A stretch of DNA of 64,000 bases from Candidatus Thorarchaeota archaeon (lineage in GTDB: Archaea; Asgardarchaeota; Thorarchaeia; Thorarchaeales; Thorarchaeaceae), in assembly GCA_963726195.1 (NCBI GenBank), contig CAVSBO010000007.1, positions 62,533-126,532 of the forward strand, given 5' to 3'. Numbering within the stretch: the stretch's first letter is position 1; each line of letters starts with the position of its first letter. The notes beneath the pieces are model-generated. The model was not told where the DNA came from, made no database searches, and saw only the letters and a list, made by a program, of their open reading frames with translations. Positions 1 to 9,541 of this stretch are shown one piece after another. Position numbers and translations under genes: made by a program.

Positions 1-596
1 CTCGTCCGGGAGAGATCACAGTCACTGGCCGGGGCCTGACCGAGATTGGTTCCCATCATGAGGAGAACATGGAGGTTGTTGAGCGGGTTGCCGAACTGCT
101 CAGACATGCTGGCTTCGAGGTCAAGACAAGCGATGACATAGACGGAGTCGTTTGGACAAAGACGATAGTCAACTGTGGCCTGAATCCAGTTGGTGCCTTG
201 ACGGGCCTAACAAATGGCGAGGTTTATGGAAACAAGGCTCTAAGAGGGCTTGTTCTTCGTCTGGTGAAGGAGGCAGCCCAGGTAGCTGAGGAACTGGGCG
301 TAAAGCTCACTACTGAGGACCCTGTTCGCTATACCCTAGGCACAGCGAAAGCCACTGGGGCCAACGTCAACTCAATGCTTCAGGACATCCGAGCGAGGAA
401 GAAAACAGAGATTGATTCCATCACTGGTGAAGTGATTCGCTTGGCTCATGAGATGGGCATCGAGACGCCCGCAAGTGAGGCAGTATGCGCATTGGTTAAG
501 GCTGTCGAGTTGGAATACCTCAGAGATTCTGGTTCTCGGAGTGCTGCAGAGAGCACAAGCTTGGACGAAGTCACCGAGGTCACGACTAGCTCCTGA
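1..596 (+). CDS. panE: 2-dehydropantoate 2-reductase (ketopantoate reductase), 5' truncated by the window edge
   Basis: ApbA C-terminal motifs WTKTIVNCGLNP, NSMLQDI, TEIDSITG. Confidence 0.85.
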   Translation, partial: RPGEITVTGRGLTEIGSHHEENMEVVERVAELLRHAGFEVKTSDDIDGVVWTKTIVNCGLNPVGALTGLTNGEVYGNKALRGLVLRLVKEAAQVAEELGVKLTTEDPVRYTLGTAKATGANVNSMLQDIRARKKTEIDSITGEVIRLAHEMGIETPASEAVCALVKAVELEYLRDSGSRSAAESTSLDEVTEVTTSS

Positions 597-1274
597 ACCA
601 GCCGCGTGCCATTTCGTATGATAGGCGAGCTGAGCTCTTGGCATCTTGGGTTATCGCCTGCATATGACCAGGCAGGGCAACGTCAAAATCGATCTGTGAA
701 ATCCTTCTGAGTGACTGCACTGAGCTTTGAAGAGTCTCCTGTGGGAAAATCCACTCGCCCGAAGCTGCCCTCAGCAAACATCGTGTCACCAGTAATCATC
801 AGACCGAGGTCTTGGTCGTGTAGGCAGATGCTGCCGATAGAATGGCCGGGCGTGTGATACACCTGCAGATTCACATCACCAAAGCTGAGGAATCGTCCCT
901 CTTCGAGAGGGTCATCGATCCTTATCGGAGGCAGTTCCGCTCCGAATGTGTCCGCCAACGTGAGACTCCATGTCCCCGGAGTTGATTCGGTCCGCCTCCT
1001 CTCTATGCAAATGGATTGTCGGTGACGCCGATTCGAGAATCGGGATTAGACCTCCAATATGGTCGATGTGACTGTGTGTAAGAACGACATCAGTGATTGC
1101 CTCTGTGCTTGTCCCTAGTGTCCTGAGGTCCAAGTCGAGCTTGGGTGCGTTTAGGCCGGTTCCTGTGTCAACAAGCACATGGAGGTCGCCGCCATCGATG
1201 TATATTATATTGCTGTCAAATGATGTGCTTTCAAGGAAATAGACTTGGCCCGCTATTTTCTCAAACACAATCAA
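586..1274 (-). CDS. MBL-fold metallo-hydrolase (glyoxalase II-like), split by 2 apparent frameshifts
   Basis: THSHIDHIGG, HTPGHS, TGDTMF and LPGH lie in three consecutive ORFs (912-1274, 683-958, 586-789). Confidence 0.85.
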
Positions 1275-2400
1275 TCACCTGAGGTGTTTGACTAACCTAT
1301 CGACTTCCTCGTGCGTATTGTAGAAGTGGGACGAAACACGAAGTCTGCCGTTCCGGACCGAGCAATGGATCTTTTCTTTTAGCATCGACTTCTGCAGTTC
1401 TTCCGCGTCTCGCGGAGCGCATGAGACAATTGCGGAGCTGTTCTTTGGTCCGAAGTCATAGTACTCTATTCCGATTTCCGAGAGTCTTTTTCGGAGGTAG
1501 CTTGCATTGTCGAGCGCGGCTCTCTCTCTAGTGCTGGAAGGTAGTTTCATCAGAACCTTCAATGATTCGATCAATCCAACATAGGATACTACGGCTATTG
1601 AACCGACTTCAAACTTGCTCGCGGTTGGCAGTGGTTCTCTTTCTGAATAGGTGAAGTCCTCAATGTTCTTGACTCCCCACCATCCAAGAAATCTCGGCTT
1701 TATTTCGTTGACAATGCTTTTTCTGATGTAGATGAATCCAGCCCCAACGGGACCAAGGAGCCACTTGGCCGCTTGTGCGGCAGCGAAGTCGACTTCCTCC
1801 TTTTCCAAGTCGGTGTTGATACATCCGGCTGCTTGGATTATGTCTGCGAAAAGGTAGCCGCCTGCGTCATGGACAACACGAGCTGAGGTCCTTGAGCTGC
1901 ATCCTGAATCCAGAAGCAAATTGGACCTGACTTACGGCCACGACCCTAGTTTTGTCATCGATTTTCTCCTTGAAGCTCTCTACGGATGCTGCGCCAACGC
2001 GTGATTTCACAATTCGGAGTTCGGCGCCATATAACCTAGCAGCATTCTGCCAAGGAACGTAGTTCGCGGGGAATTCTAGGTCGCATATGACGATGTTTGA
2101 ACCTCGGGGATAATCGACGCCGTGGGCGAAGATATTGATGCCCTCCGAGGTGCTTGGAACCAATGCGTACTGGGCCTCAGTTCCTCCCAATAGCTTGGGC
2201 AGAAGACTTCGGGCTGTCCTGAGAGTCTCTATGACACGCTCGAAATCATCGTTGGCGTGAGCTATGCCATCGAGGTATTCCTTCATGGCCCGTATCGTCG
2301 TAGCAGGCGGAATGCCGGTCGAAGCGTTGTTCAGATACGTCATTTCTGCAAGCGTGGGAAAGTGCATGGCTACAAAAGCAGGGTCGATACTGTCGGGCAT
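1275..2400 (-). CDS. Class V PLP-dependent aminotransferase / cysteine desulfurase-like, 1 frameshift near 1890
   Basis: YLNNASTG, STSEG, DIIQAAG, AKWLLGPVGAG (PLP lysine), RVSSHFYN. Confidence 0.85.
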
Positions 2401-2489
2401 TGAGCCGAGGTGGAGTGAGAACCTCAGATAAAGCTCACTGGAGTTGGCAATCCCCCCAAAGTTTATTGGTTGCCTGCACAGGCTAGGAA

Positions 2490-3365
2490 TTGGAGAGCGG
2501 CTTGTCGGTATTTCACAGGCTGGCGGCGCGCCTAAGGAGACACAAGACCAAAGAGCCTCCTCACGTTGCAAGCGCAGCTTCAGAGGCATTGGTTCCTGCC
2601 AAAGAGCCCGCAGTAGGTCTGCCAAGTAAGCCAATGAAGACTTCATCAACGAAGGAGTTGATGGAACCCAAGTATCCTGCCCCGGTGGGAACATTGGTGG
2701 CGTCAAGCGAGGGGTTCACGATTGATGCTGCAGCTACAAGAAGATTGGCCCGGGCCGCAGACATTCGACCCCAGATGACCGCTGAGATCGTACCGGGCAA
2801 GGTATTGAAGCGGGACGAGAAAGGTCGGATTCACCTCAAGATAGTGTTCTATGGCCCTTCTTTGTCGGGCAAGACCACAGCACTCCGCTGGCTATTCGCG
2901 AATGTCCGATCTCTCTCAAAAGGCAAGATTGTTGAAGTTGCGGACGAACTAGGACGAACAACATTCTTTGATTTTATTCCTATTTCTGCAAGCGAGAAGA
3001 TTGTGTTTGATGTGTTCACTGTTGCTGGCCAGAGGCGCCATGCCGGCAACCGAATCGCTGTACTGAGGGACGCGGATGGCCTGATTTTCATGGCCGATAG
3101 CACACCTGAACAAATGAATGAGAACTTGGCATCGATTGGAGAGTTACGGTTGGCCATGGGTACCGACAGAATGGCAACTCTCCCGATAGTTGTGGCACTC
3201 AACAAGAGAGATGTGGCGAACGCTCTGCCTGTTGACTATATGGTCACGATGATGGGCCTCGAAGGCTATCCTGTATTTGGAACCGTAGCCACAGCAGGCA
3301 CGAATCTGTTAAGGATGTTTCAGCGTGTCTTGAGAGATGCACTGGTTTTCAAGGTGGGAATCTAG
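2490..3365 (+). CDS. MglA-like small GTPase with low-complexity N-terminal extension
   Basis: KIVFYGPSLSGKTT, RTTFFDF, TVAGQ, NKRD; start codon uncertain. Confidence 0.8.
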   Translation: MESGLSVFHRLAARLRRHKTKEPPHVASAASEALVPAKEPAVGLPSKPMKTSSTKELMEPKYPAPVGTLVASSEGFTIDAAATRRLARAADIRPQMTAEIVPGKVLKRDEKGRIHLKIVFYGPSLSGKTTALRWLFANVRSLSKGKIVEVADELGRTTFFDFIPISASEKIVFDVFTVAGQRRHAGNRIAVLRDADGLIFMADSTPEQMNENLASIGELRLAMGTDRMATLPIVVALNKRDVANALPVDYMVTMMGLEGYPVFGTVATAGTNLLRMFQRVLRDALVFKVGI

Positions 3366-3382
3366 AGCTCTCAGGTTTCTGC

Positions 3383-4117
3383 CTATCCCTTCATCAAGGG
3401 GAGTTCACCTTTCTCAAGCTGAGCTATGAGTTCCAGCAGCTCTCGTGCAGCTTCCTCCATGAACCGATTCCCTTTCTCGCGCGTCGCCTTTCTCGGGTCT
3501 CCGCGAACGGCGGAAGGAAAGAGCTCTCCTCGATATCTGCCTGATACGATGGCATACTTGACTTTCACTTCAGAACTCTTGTAGGCAGAGGTGTCAACAA
3601 GGTCTGGCCGCACGCACATCATTTCTGAAGTCTCGTCCTCGGCCGCATGGCCCTCGGGCGATTCTAGGAGCTTTTGTCTGATTTCCTTCCCGAGGTCTGT
3701 CCACCAGTTCACAACTATCACGGCGCGTTCGCCCACCATTGTGGACTTCCTAGCCGCAAGCTGAAGCAGAGAGGAGTTCCCACCGTGGCCATTCAGTGCG
3801 ACGATGTATCTGAAGCCATGCTTGAAGACCGACTCCATTATGTCACTGTAGTAACTGAGCAAGGCGGAAGGGCTCACGCAAATCGTGCCCTCGAACTCTT
3901 CAAAGGTCCAACTTTCTCCAAACGGGATTGGCGGCAGTACAAGCGTTTTCGTTCTATTGGCAACAATGTCAGCAAGGTAGCTTGGAAGTATGGTGTCGGA
4001 GCCAAGAGGAAGATGATCTCCATGTGCCTCGAGCGCACCCACGACCATGAGCGCAACCTCGGTCTCGTGGCAGGCCTTCATGAACTGTTTGTGTGTGAGT
4101 TCTTGCCAGTAGGGCAT
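3383..4117 (-). CDS. Creatininase / creatinine amidohydrolase family protein
   Basis: GALEAHGDHLPLGSD, NGHGGN, GHAAEDETS, GDP. Confidence 0.9.
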   Translation of the reverse strand: MPYWQELTHKQFMKACHETEVALMVVGALEAHGDHLPLGSDTILPSYLADIVANRTKTLVLPPIPFGESWTFEEFEGTICVSPSALLSYYSDIMESVFKHGFRYIVALNGHGGNSSLLQLAARKSTMVGERAVIVVNWWTDLGKEIRQKLLESPEGHAAEDETSEMMCVRPDLVDTSAYKSSEVKVKYAIVSGRYRGELFPSAVRGDPRKATREKGNRFMEEAARELLELIAQLEKGELPLMKG

Positions 4118-4205
4118 ATGTTGTTCGGGATACTCCGGTCTCACTGAGACCTAATTAATCATCTGGAAAGCGAGAGTAGCCGTCGAGTCGAGGAACAAGT
4201 CCACG

Positions 4206-4240
4206 CTTTTCGGCGGGCAAGACCGAAAAGGTAATTAAAG
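4206..4240 (+). promoter_or_regulatory. Putative BRE/TATA for tRNA-Gln, overlapped by an 8-bp inverted repeat
   Basis: GAAAAG-GTAATTAAAG; inverted repeat CTTTTCGG-N9-CCGAAAAG at 4206-4230. Confidence 0.45.
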
Positions 4241-4298
4241 TAGGCCAACGAGCCTCCGAACTGGACCCCCTCAAAGGGGAAGTGCCCCTTTTGGAAGT

Positions 4299-4404
4299 AG
4301 CCCCGTGGTGTAGTGGTCCAGCATAGGAGCCTCTGGAGCTCTTGACCGAGGTTCGAATCGTTGTAGGATTCGTCCACAACGCGAACGTCCTCGCGGGGCT
4401 ACCA
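4299..4404 (+). tRNA. tRNA-Gln(CUG) with a 30-nt intron (4358-4387) at position 59/60
   Basis: Acceptor stem AGCCCCG/CGGGGCT plus ACCA; anticodon arm GGAGC-CTCTGGA-GCTCT (CTG at 4333-4335); T arm CGAGG-TTCGAAT-CCTCG is restored by removing a BHB-flanked insert. Confidence 0.95.
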
Positions 4405-4624
4405 TCATTTCGCTTCAGACATACTCAGGTCGTTCTTCCGTCTGATATAGCCCGACAGGAGAGCCGTCTTGAATTCCGGGAAGGTCTAAGCTTCACAGAA
4501 CCGCGATTCTTACCAATGAATACTGAGCTTTTCTAAAAAGAGAACGGTTCGATGATTCTTGCTGAAGCCGGCGCATCTTCTCTAGGAACTATACATTTAT
4601 AGGCACTTATGTGATTGAATAATC

Positions 4625-4730
4625 GGAGATTAGACCCGCAGCTGCATGGTCATCTATGCGAGCGTCCTGTTGTGATATTCTGCGTCCCTCCCGGCGGAGA
4701 TTAACAGGTGGCGGGTCCTCCACCTTTTTC
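4625..4730 (+). ncRNA. Candidate three-way-junction small RNA
   Basis: TATA-like TTTATAGG at 4596-4603; three pairable stems with G-U pairs; T-tract at 4725-4729. Confidence 0.5.
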
Positions 4731-4894
4731 TTGCCTAGCGAGTGATGCATGACTGGAAGAAGGATTAGTGCAAGCACGCAAGCATGTGCGGCCCTTCCTT
4801 TGTTGTCCTGTCAGCTCTTCGTCGACTAAAGCATCGCCAAATCAATGATAATGTTCATATCACTTCTATTTGACGCGGTCAGCTAGATGAGCAA

Positions 4895-5704
4895 GTGATG
4901 GAACAGGTTGAGCGCGGCTGGGATGACTTCTGGGCCGAGATACTGCGTGTGAAATACAGAAACACGTTGCAGGGTATTGAGCAGTATGACAAGATGGTCG
5001 CGGATTTTTGCGTCGAAGTCTTGCGCCTTCATTCTGGCAGTGAGTTATTGGACATCGCTTCAGGTGCTGGCGACCAAAGCATTGAGTTTGCGAAGCGCGG
5101 GATGATTGTCACCGGATTCGACCTTGCAAGGAGTCTTGTCAAGGTCGCGCAAGAGAGAGCAAGACAGGAAGGCGTTACAGTAAACTTCTATCAGGGCGAC
5201 ATGCGCGACATGAGCTACAATCAGCGATTCGATGCGGCGGTCATGCTAAGCCACAGTTTTGGTTTCTTCGATCACGAAGAGAACAGACGTGTCTTGCGGG
5301 AGTCGCACGAGGCACTTGTCGACGGCGGCTCTCTCCTGCTGGACCTCATGAATCCGTACAATCTGCCAGTGTTCCAGAAGACATGGACGAAGATTGAAGG
5401 CGGCTATTTGCTCAGCGAGCCTCATGTCTTCGATGCTCCCGCAGGCGTGCTGAGGGGCCGCTCGCCGACATTCATTGATGTAGATAGAGGAGTTGTGGTG
5501 CTCGCTTCTCAGGACGCATTAGCAAACAACGACATCAGAATGTACACCGCACCCGAGATACGAGTGTTGCTCGAAGAAGTGGGTTTCACGAAGACTGAGT
5601 TGTATGGCCAGAACAAACTTCCTCGAATGCCGTATACAGTCAGGTCGGAGAGACTCGTAGTCTGTTGCGACCCGGTGAAATCACAGGTCGATAGGCTTTT
5701 ATGA
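4895..5704 (+). CDS. Class I SAM-dependent methyltransferase
   Basis: LLDIASGAG motif I, GDMRDM, SFGFF. Confidence 0.9.
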   Translation: MMEQVERGWDDFWAEILRVKYRNTLQGIEQYDKMVADFCVEVLRLHSGSELLDIASGAGDQSIEFAKRGMIVTGFDLARSLVKVAQERARQEGVTVNFYQGDMRDMSYNQRFDAAVMLSHSFGFFDHEENRRVLRESHEALVDGGSLLLDLMNPYNLPVFQKTWTKIEGGYLLSEPHVFDAPAGVLRGRSPTFIDVDRGVVVLASQDALANNDIRMYTAPEIRVLLEEVGFTKTELYGQNKLPRMPYTVRSERLVVCCDPVKSQVDRLL

Positions 5705-5805
5705 CCAAGATAAAGAGGGGGCCTGAATCAGTGACGAGGTTATCGGCTACTCGGCCGAGTTCTCTTGCACCGATGTTTCATTTCGGAATGCATTGTCTTT
5801 AGAGA

Positions 5806-8027
5806 GTGAGTAGAATGGTCAAAATAAAGGACCCGGACGCAATCAGGGCACTGATAAAGTCTGACGATTATCCACACAAGAGAATCGTATCTATTAGCGC
5901 GCACGTTGATCACGGCAAGACAACAACAAGCGACTATCTGCTACGTCATGCCGGTCTGATGAGCGATGCAGCGGCAGGACAAGTGCTCATGACTGACAGT
6001 GACTGGGAAGAGCAGCAACGAGGCATCACGATTTTCACCTCGGTGGTCCTGCTCGATTGCGAAGTAGATGGAGAGGAATACCTGATTCAGCTTTCGGATA
6101 CACCGGGTCACCTTTCGTTCACCGGTGAAGTATCGCGGGCGCTTAGGGCAAGCGATGGAGTCGTGATTCTTGTCGATGCCCTGGAGGGCGTTCGCACTCA
6201 GACAGAAACCAACATCCGCCTTTCAGTAGGTGGTGAGGGCTGCAAACCGGTGCTGTTCGTAAACAAGGTTGACCGACTCATCAATGAGCTGAAGTTGCCA
6301 CCTGCCAAGGTCTACGAGCGCATCGATGCCATCATCAAGAAGGTGAACGAACTTATCGCGAAGGTCGCCCCACCAGAGTTCTTGAAAGCATGGCAGGTCA
6401 GCTTCCAAGAGGGTAGTGTCGCTATCGGAAGTGCAAAGACCGGCTGGGCATTCACCATGAAAACCCTAGACAAGAAGGGGATAAAGCCCATAGTGGTCTT
6501 CGAGAAGTATCAGCAAGGTCAGGCAGACTGGCTCAGGCAGAACCTACCCCTTGATGAAGCCCTTCTTGAGATGATTGTCCATCATCTGCCGAATCCGAGG
6601 GAGGCACAGCAATACAAGATACCCCGGATTTGGAAAGGCGACCTTGAGAGCCCACAGGGCAAGGCACTTCTGAGCTGCGACCCGAATGGCCCTGTCTTAG
6701 GCATGATAACCAAGATTTACGTAGACCCGAAGAGCAAGAGGCCAACTCTGATTGGACGTGTTTTCTCAGGCACACTCAAGGCAGGCCAGGAGATTTCTTG
6801 GTGAACAGGAGAGAAAAGGCCACTGTGAAACGTCTTGGTGTGCAAGAGATTACGGACATGCTTGACATCGATGAGGTGCCTGCTGGGAACTTGTTCTCGG
6901 TCTTCGGTTTCATTTGCCCCGCTGGCGAATCGTTTGTTGAGGCTGGCTCAGATATGAAGCCGTTCGAGGCCATCCAGTATGCGAGCGAACCAGTCGTGAG
7001 CCGGAGTATCAAGCCTGTTGATCCTCAGGACATAGCAAAGCTCGATGACGTTGTCTCTAAGTGGATTATGGCTGACCCAACAGCCAGGTTCCACCGTGAC
7101 AAGGAATCCGGAGAGTATCGGCTGGATGGAATCGACCCACTACAGATTGAGATTCTTACGGGAAGAATCAACGAGCAGGTCAAGATCAAGATATCAGACC
7201 CAGTGATAGTCTACAGGGAAAAGATATCGACTCGCGGCGGTGAGTTTCACACGAAGTCTCCCAACGGTCACAACAGACTGAGAATATACGTCGAGCCTCT
7301 TGACGAGGCGACCCTCAACCTTTTCCGAAAGAAGAGGATATTCTCAGACATGAAGGCTCAAGAGGTAGGCCCGATTCTGCGTGAAGAGGCGCACTGGGAC
7401 CCGAAGGAAGCCAAGAAGATACTTGACATCTATGAGTCTTGCCTACTTGTTGACGCCATGTCTGGTGTGCAAAGGTTCGATAGGATACTTCCATACGTGC
7501 AAACGACGTTCAGAGACTTTTGTGATTCTGGTCCTCTCGCGCATGAGCCTATAATGGGAATCAAGGCAGTCGTGACAGATGCGACTGTCCACAATGACCC
7601 TGCTCACACTGGGTTCACTGAAATCACCACGATGACAGCTGCTGCTCTCAATATGAGCTTCTTGACTGCCAACCCCTCTCTGTATGAGCCAGTCCTTAAT
7701 GTTGACATAAAAACTCCAACGGACACTCAGGGTGCAGTCATCAAGGTTCTGACAGGTCACAGGGGACAAATAGTGACCATAGAGGCAGAGGAAGACACAG
7801 TCACTGTGAAGGGTATGCTCCCGACTGCTGAGACAATCGGTATCGCGGACGAGTTCAGAGGAGCGACCTCCGGTAGGAGCTTCTTTGGCTATGAGTTCCG
7901 GGGATTTGATCCATTGCCGACAAACATGCAGCAGGAGAAAATCCTGGACATACGCAAGCGAAAGAAGATGCCTGCCGAGATGCCCAATACCGCCTCGTGG
8001 GCAAGGTTTGTCTACAAGAGAACTTAG
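5806..8027 (+). CDS. fusA: Translation elongation factor 2 (aEF-2), 1 frameshift near 6800
   Basis: AHVDHGKTT, RGITI, DTPGH, NKVD, KSPNGHN; diphthamide loop reads DPAHTG. Confidence 0.9.
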
Positions 8028-8182
8028 AACGTATGGATTGAGTGACGCTCGGAAGAGTGTCGCTCATTGCCTCTTTCTTGACTGCCACAAGAACGCCGTC
8101 TTTTCTTTCACTTGTTTGAAGTACTCGAGCAACTATTGGATAGCTTTTGACGCGCAGTCTCCTAGATGTATATGGGATTGAA

Positions 8183-9541
8183 ATGGATGCGCGACCCGAG
8201 CTCGAACGCTTGGTCTCGATGGATACGGTGAGTGACACCAAGTCTGGCAAGCGGGTGTTGCCAAGATGTCCACAGTACATCAAAGAGAAGCTTGAATCCG
8301 CGGGTTTCACTTCTGATATTTTGGAGTCAAACGGAGTATTGACCACTTTTGGCCGCAGGGGGCAGGGCTCTTTCAAGATTCTGTTCTTAGCACACTTCGA
8401 TGTAGTTCCGGTTAGCGAAGGATGGAAAACCGATCCCTTCTCCCTTACTGTAGAAGGCGATAGAGCATACGGCAGGGGATCATTAGATGATAAAGGCAAC
8501 ATCGTTTCCTTGCTTCTTCTTGCAGAAATGCTTGGCAAATCCGAGCCCCCTTGCACCGTGATGATTGCAGCAAGTGGAGACGAGGAATTGGGAGGAGAGA
8601 ACGGCGCCGGCTACCTCAGAGGATACCTGATGAAGAACGGGCTATTCCCCGACTACGTGGTTGTAGCCGACGGTAGTGGGCAGAAGGTGATACATCGTAG
8701 GCGCAACATCCTGCCAACCACTATCAAGGTCAAACAGGCGTTGGCTCGGATGAAGGGGCAGATGGAGACCATCCGGTTCACTACGGACACGTTCGGGACT
8801 GAGACACGTCATTCCGCATACTTCAGGCCAGGTGTGGACCGCCATGCAATGCTGGCCGCTTCTAAGTACCTAGATCTCAATCCGCAAGTGGTTGTCCGCG
8901 GAATTCGGGGGGCATTCCTGAAGACAAATGTGATTCCTGATTGGGTCGAGCTAGATATCGTACGACCTGCTACATCTGCCAGTGAGGTCGAGTACGACAA
9001 AGCGCTAACGGGTCTGATTAGATCCCTGCTTCCGATGTCAAACGCTCAGTTTCCCACGAAGTACTCAGACATGGGAATCTTCGTCTCCCCAAACTTGGCC
9101 TCCTTAGAGAAGAACCTATGGACAGTGTACTGTGACGTAAGAGCGATGACAAATGACAAGGAGGCCGTGAGGACCGCTTTTGAGACGTCGTTGAAGGGAA
9201 AGGTTGACGTTTACTCGCTCGAAGTGGCACCCGGCAAGGGCTTCGTTGAAGCAAACGTCGAGTCAAAGCTTATTCGTGCTGCGACCTGGGCCCTCGAAAA
9301 GGAAGGCATCAAGTACACGATTGGAGAGGGCTACGGCGCGTCAGATTCGCGTTATTTCTCAGATGTGAAGGCAGGCCTCTTCGACTTCGGTCCGCGTGGA
9401 GACAATATGCATGGAGCCAACGAGTGGGTGTCTCTCACTTCGATCGAGGAGAACGCGTCTTTCTTCCAGACTTTGCTGGAGGTGCTTTCGCGTGAGAAGC
9501 CCGTTTCTGGACGACCTGTATCGGCGTCATCCCGACCTTAA
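8183..9541 (+). CDS. M20 family metallopeptidase / deacylase (DapE/ArgE-like)
   Basis: AHFDVVP, GRGSLDDKG, DEELGG, HGANE. Confidence 0.9.
   Translation: MDARPELERLVSMDTVSDTKSGKRVLPRCPQYIKEKLESAGFTSDILESNGVLTTFGRRGQGSFKILFLAHFDVVPVSEGWKTDPFSLTVEGDRAYGRGSLDDKGNIVSLLLLAEMLGKSEPPCTVMIAASGDEELGGENGAGYLRGYLMKNGLFPDYVVVADGSGQKVIHRRRNILPTTIKVKQALARMKGQMETIRFTTDTFGTETRHSAYFRPGVDRHAMLAASKYLDLNPQVVVRGIRGAFLKTNVIPDWVELDIVRPATSASEVEYDKALTGLIRSLLPMSNAQFPTKYSDMGIFVSPNLASLEKNLWTVYCDVRAMTNDKEAVRTAFETSLKGKVDVYSLEVAPGKGFVEANVESKLIRAATWALEKEGIKYTIGEGYGASDSRYFSDVKAGLFDFGPRGDNMHGANEWVSLTSIEENASFFQTLLEVLSREKPVSGRPVSASSRP

Noticed and set aside
4155-4536. Short ORFs 4155-4379, 4159-4377 and 4342-4536
   Set aside because: They overlap the tRNA and have no protein-like features.
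4625-4730. 5S rRNA
   Set aside because: Three-way topology but shorter, and lacking recognisable 5S conserved loops.
6790-6810. Programmed frameshift in EF-2 and other split genes
   Set aside because: No consistent slippery motif, and breaks are scattered across unrelated genes.
9435-9541. 107-bp convergent overlap of ileS and the M20 peptidase (and 65 bp for tgtA and the ABC ATPase)
   Set aside because: Only low-complexity tails overlap; common in compact archaeal genomes or caused by indels.
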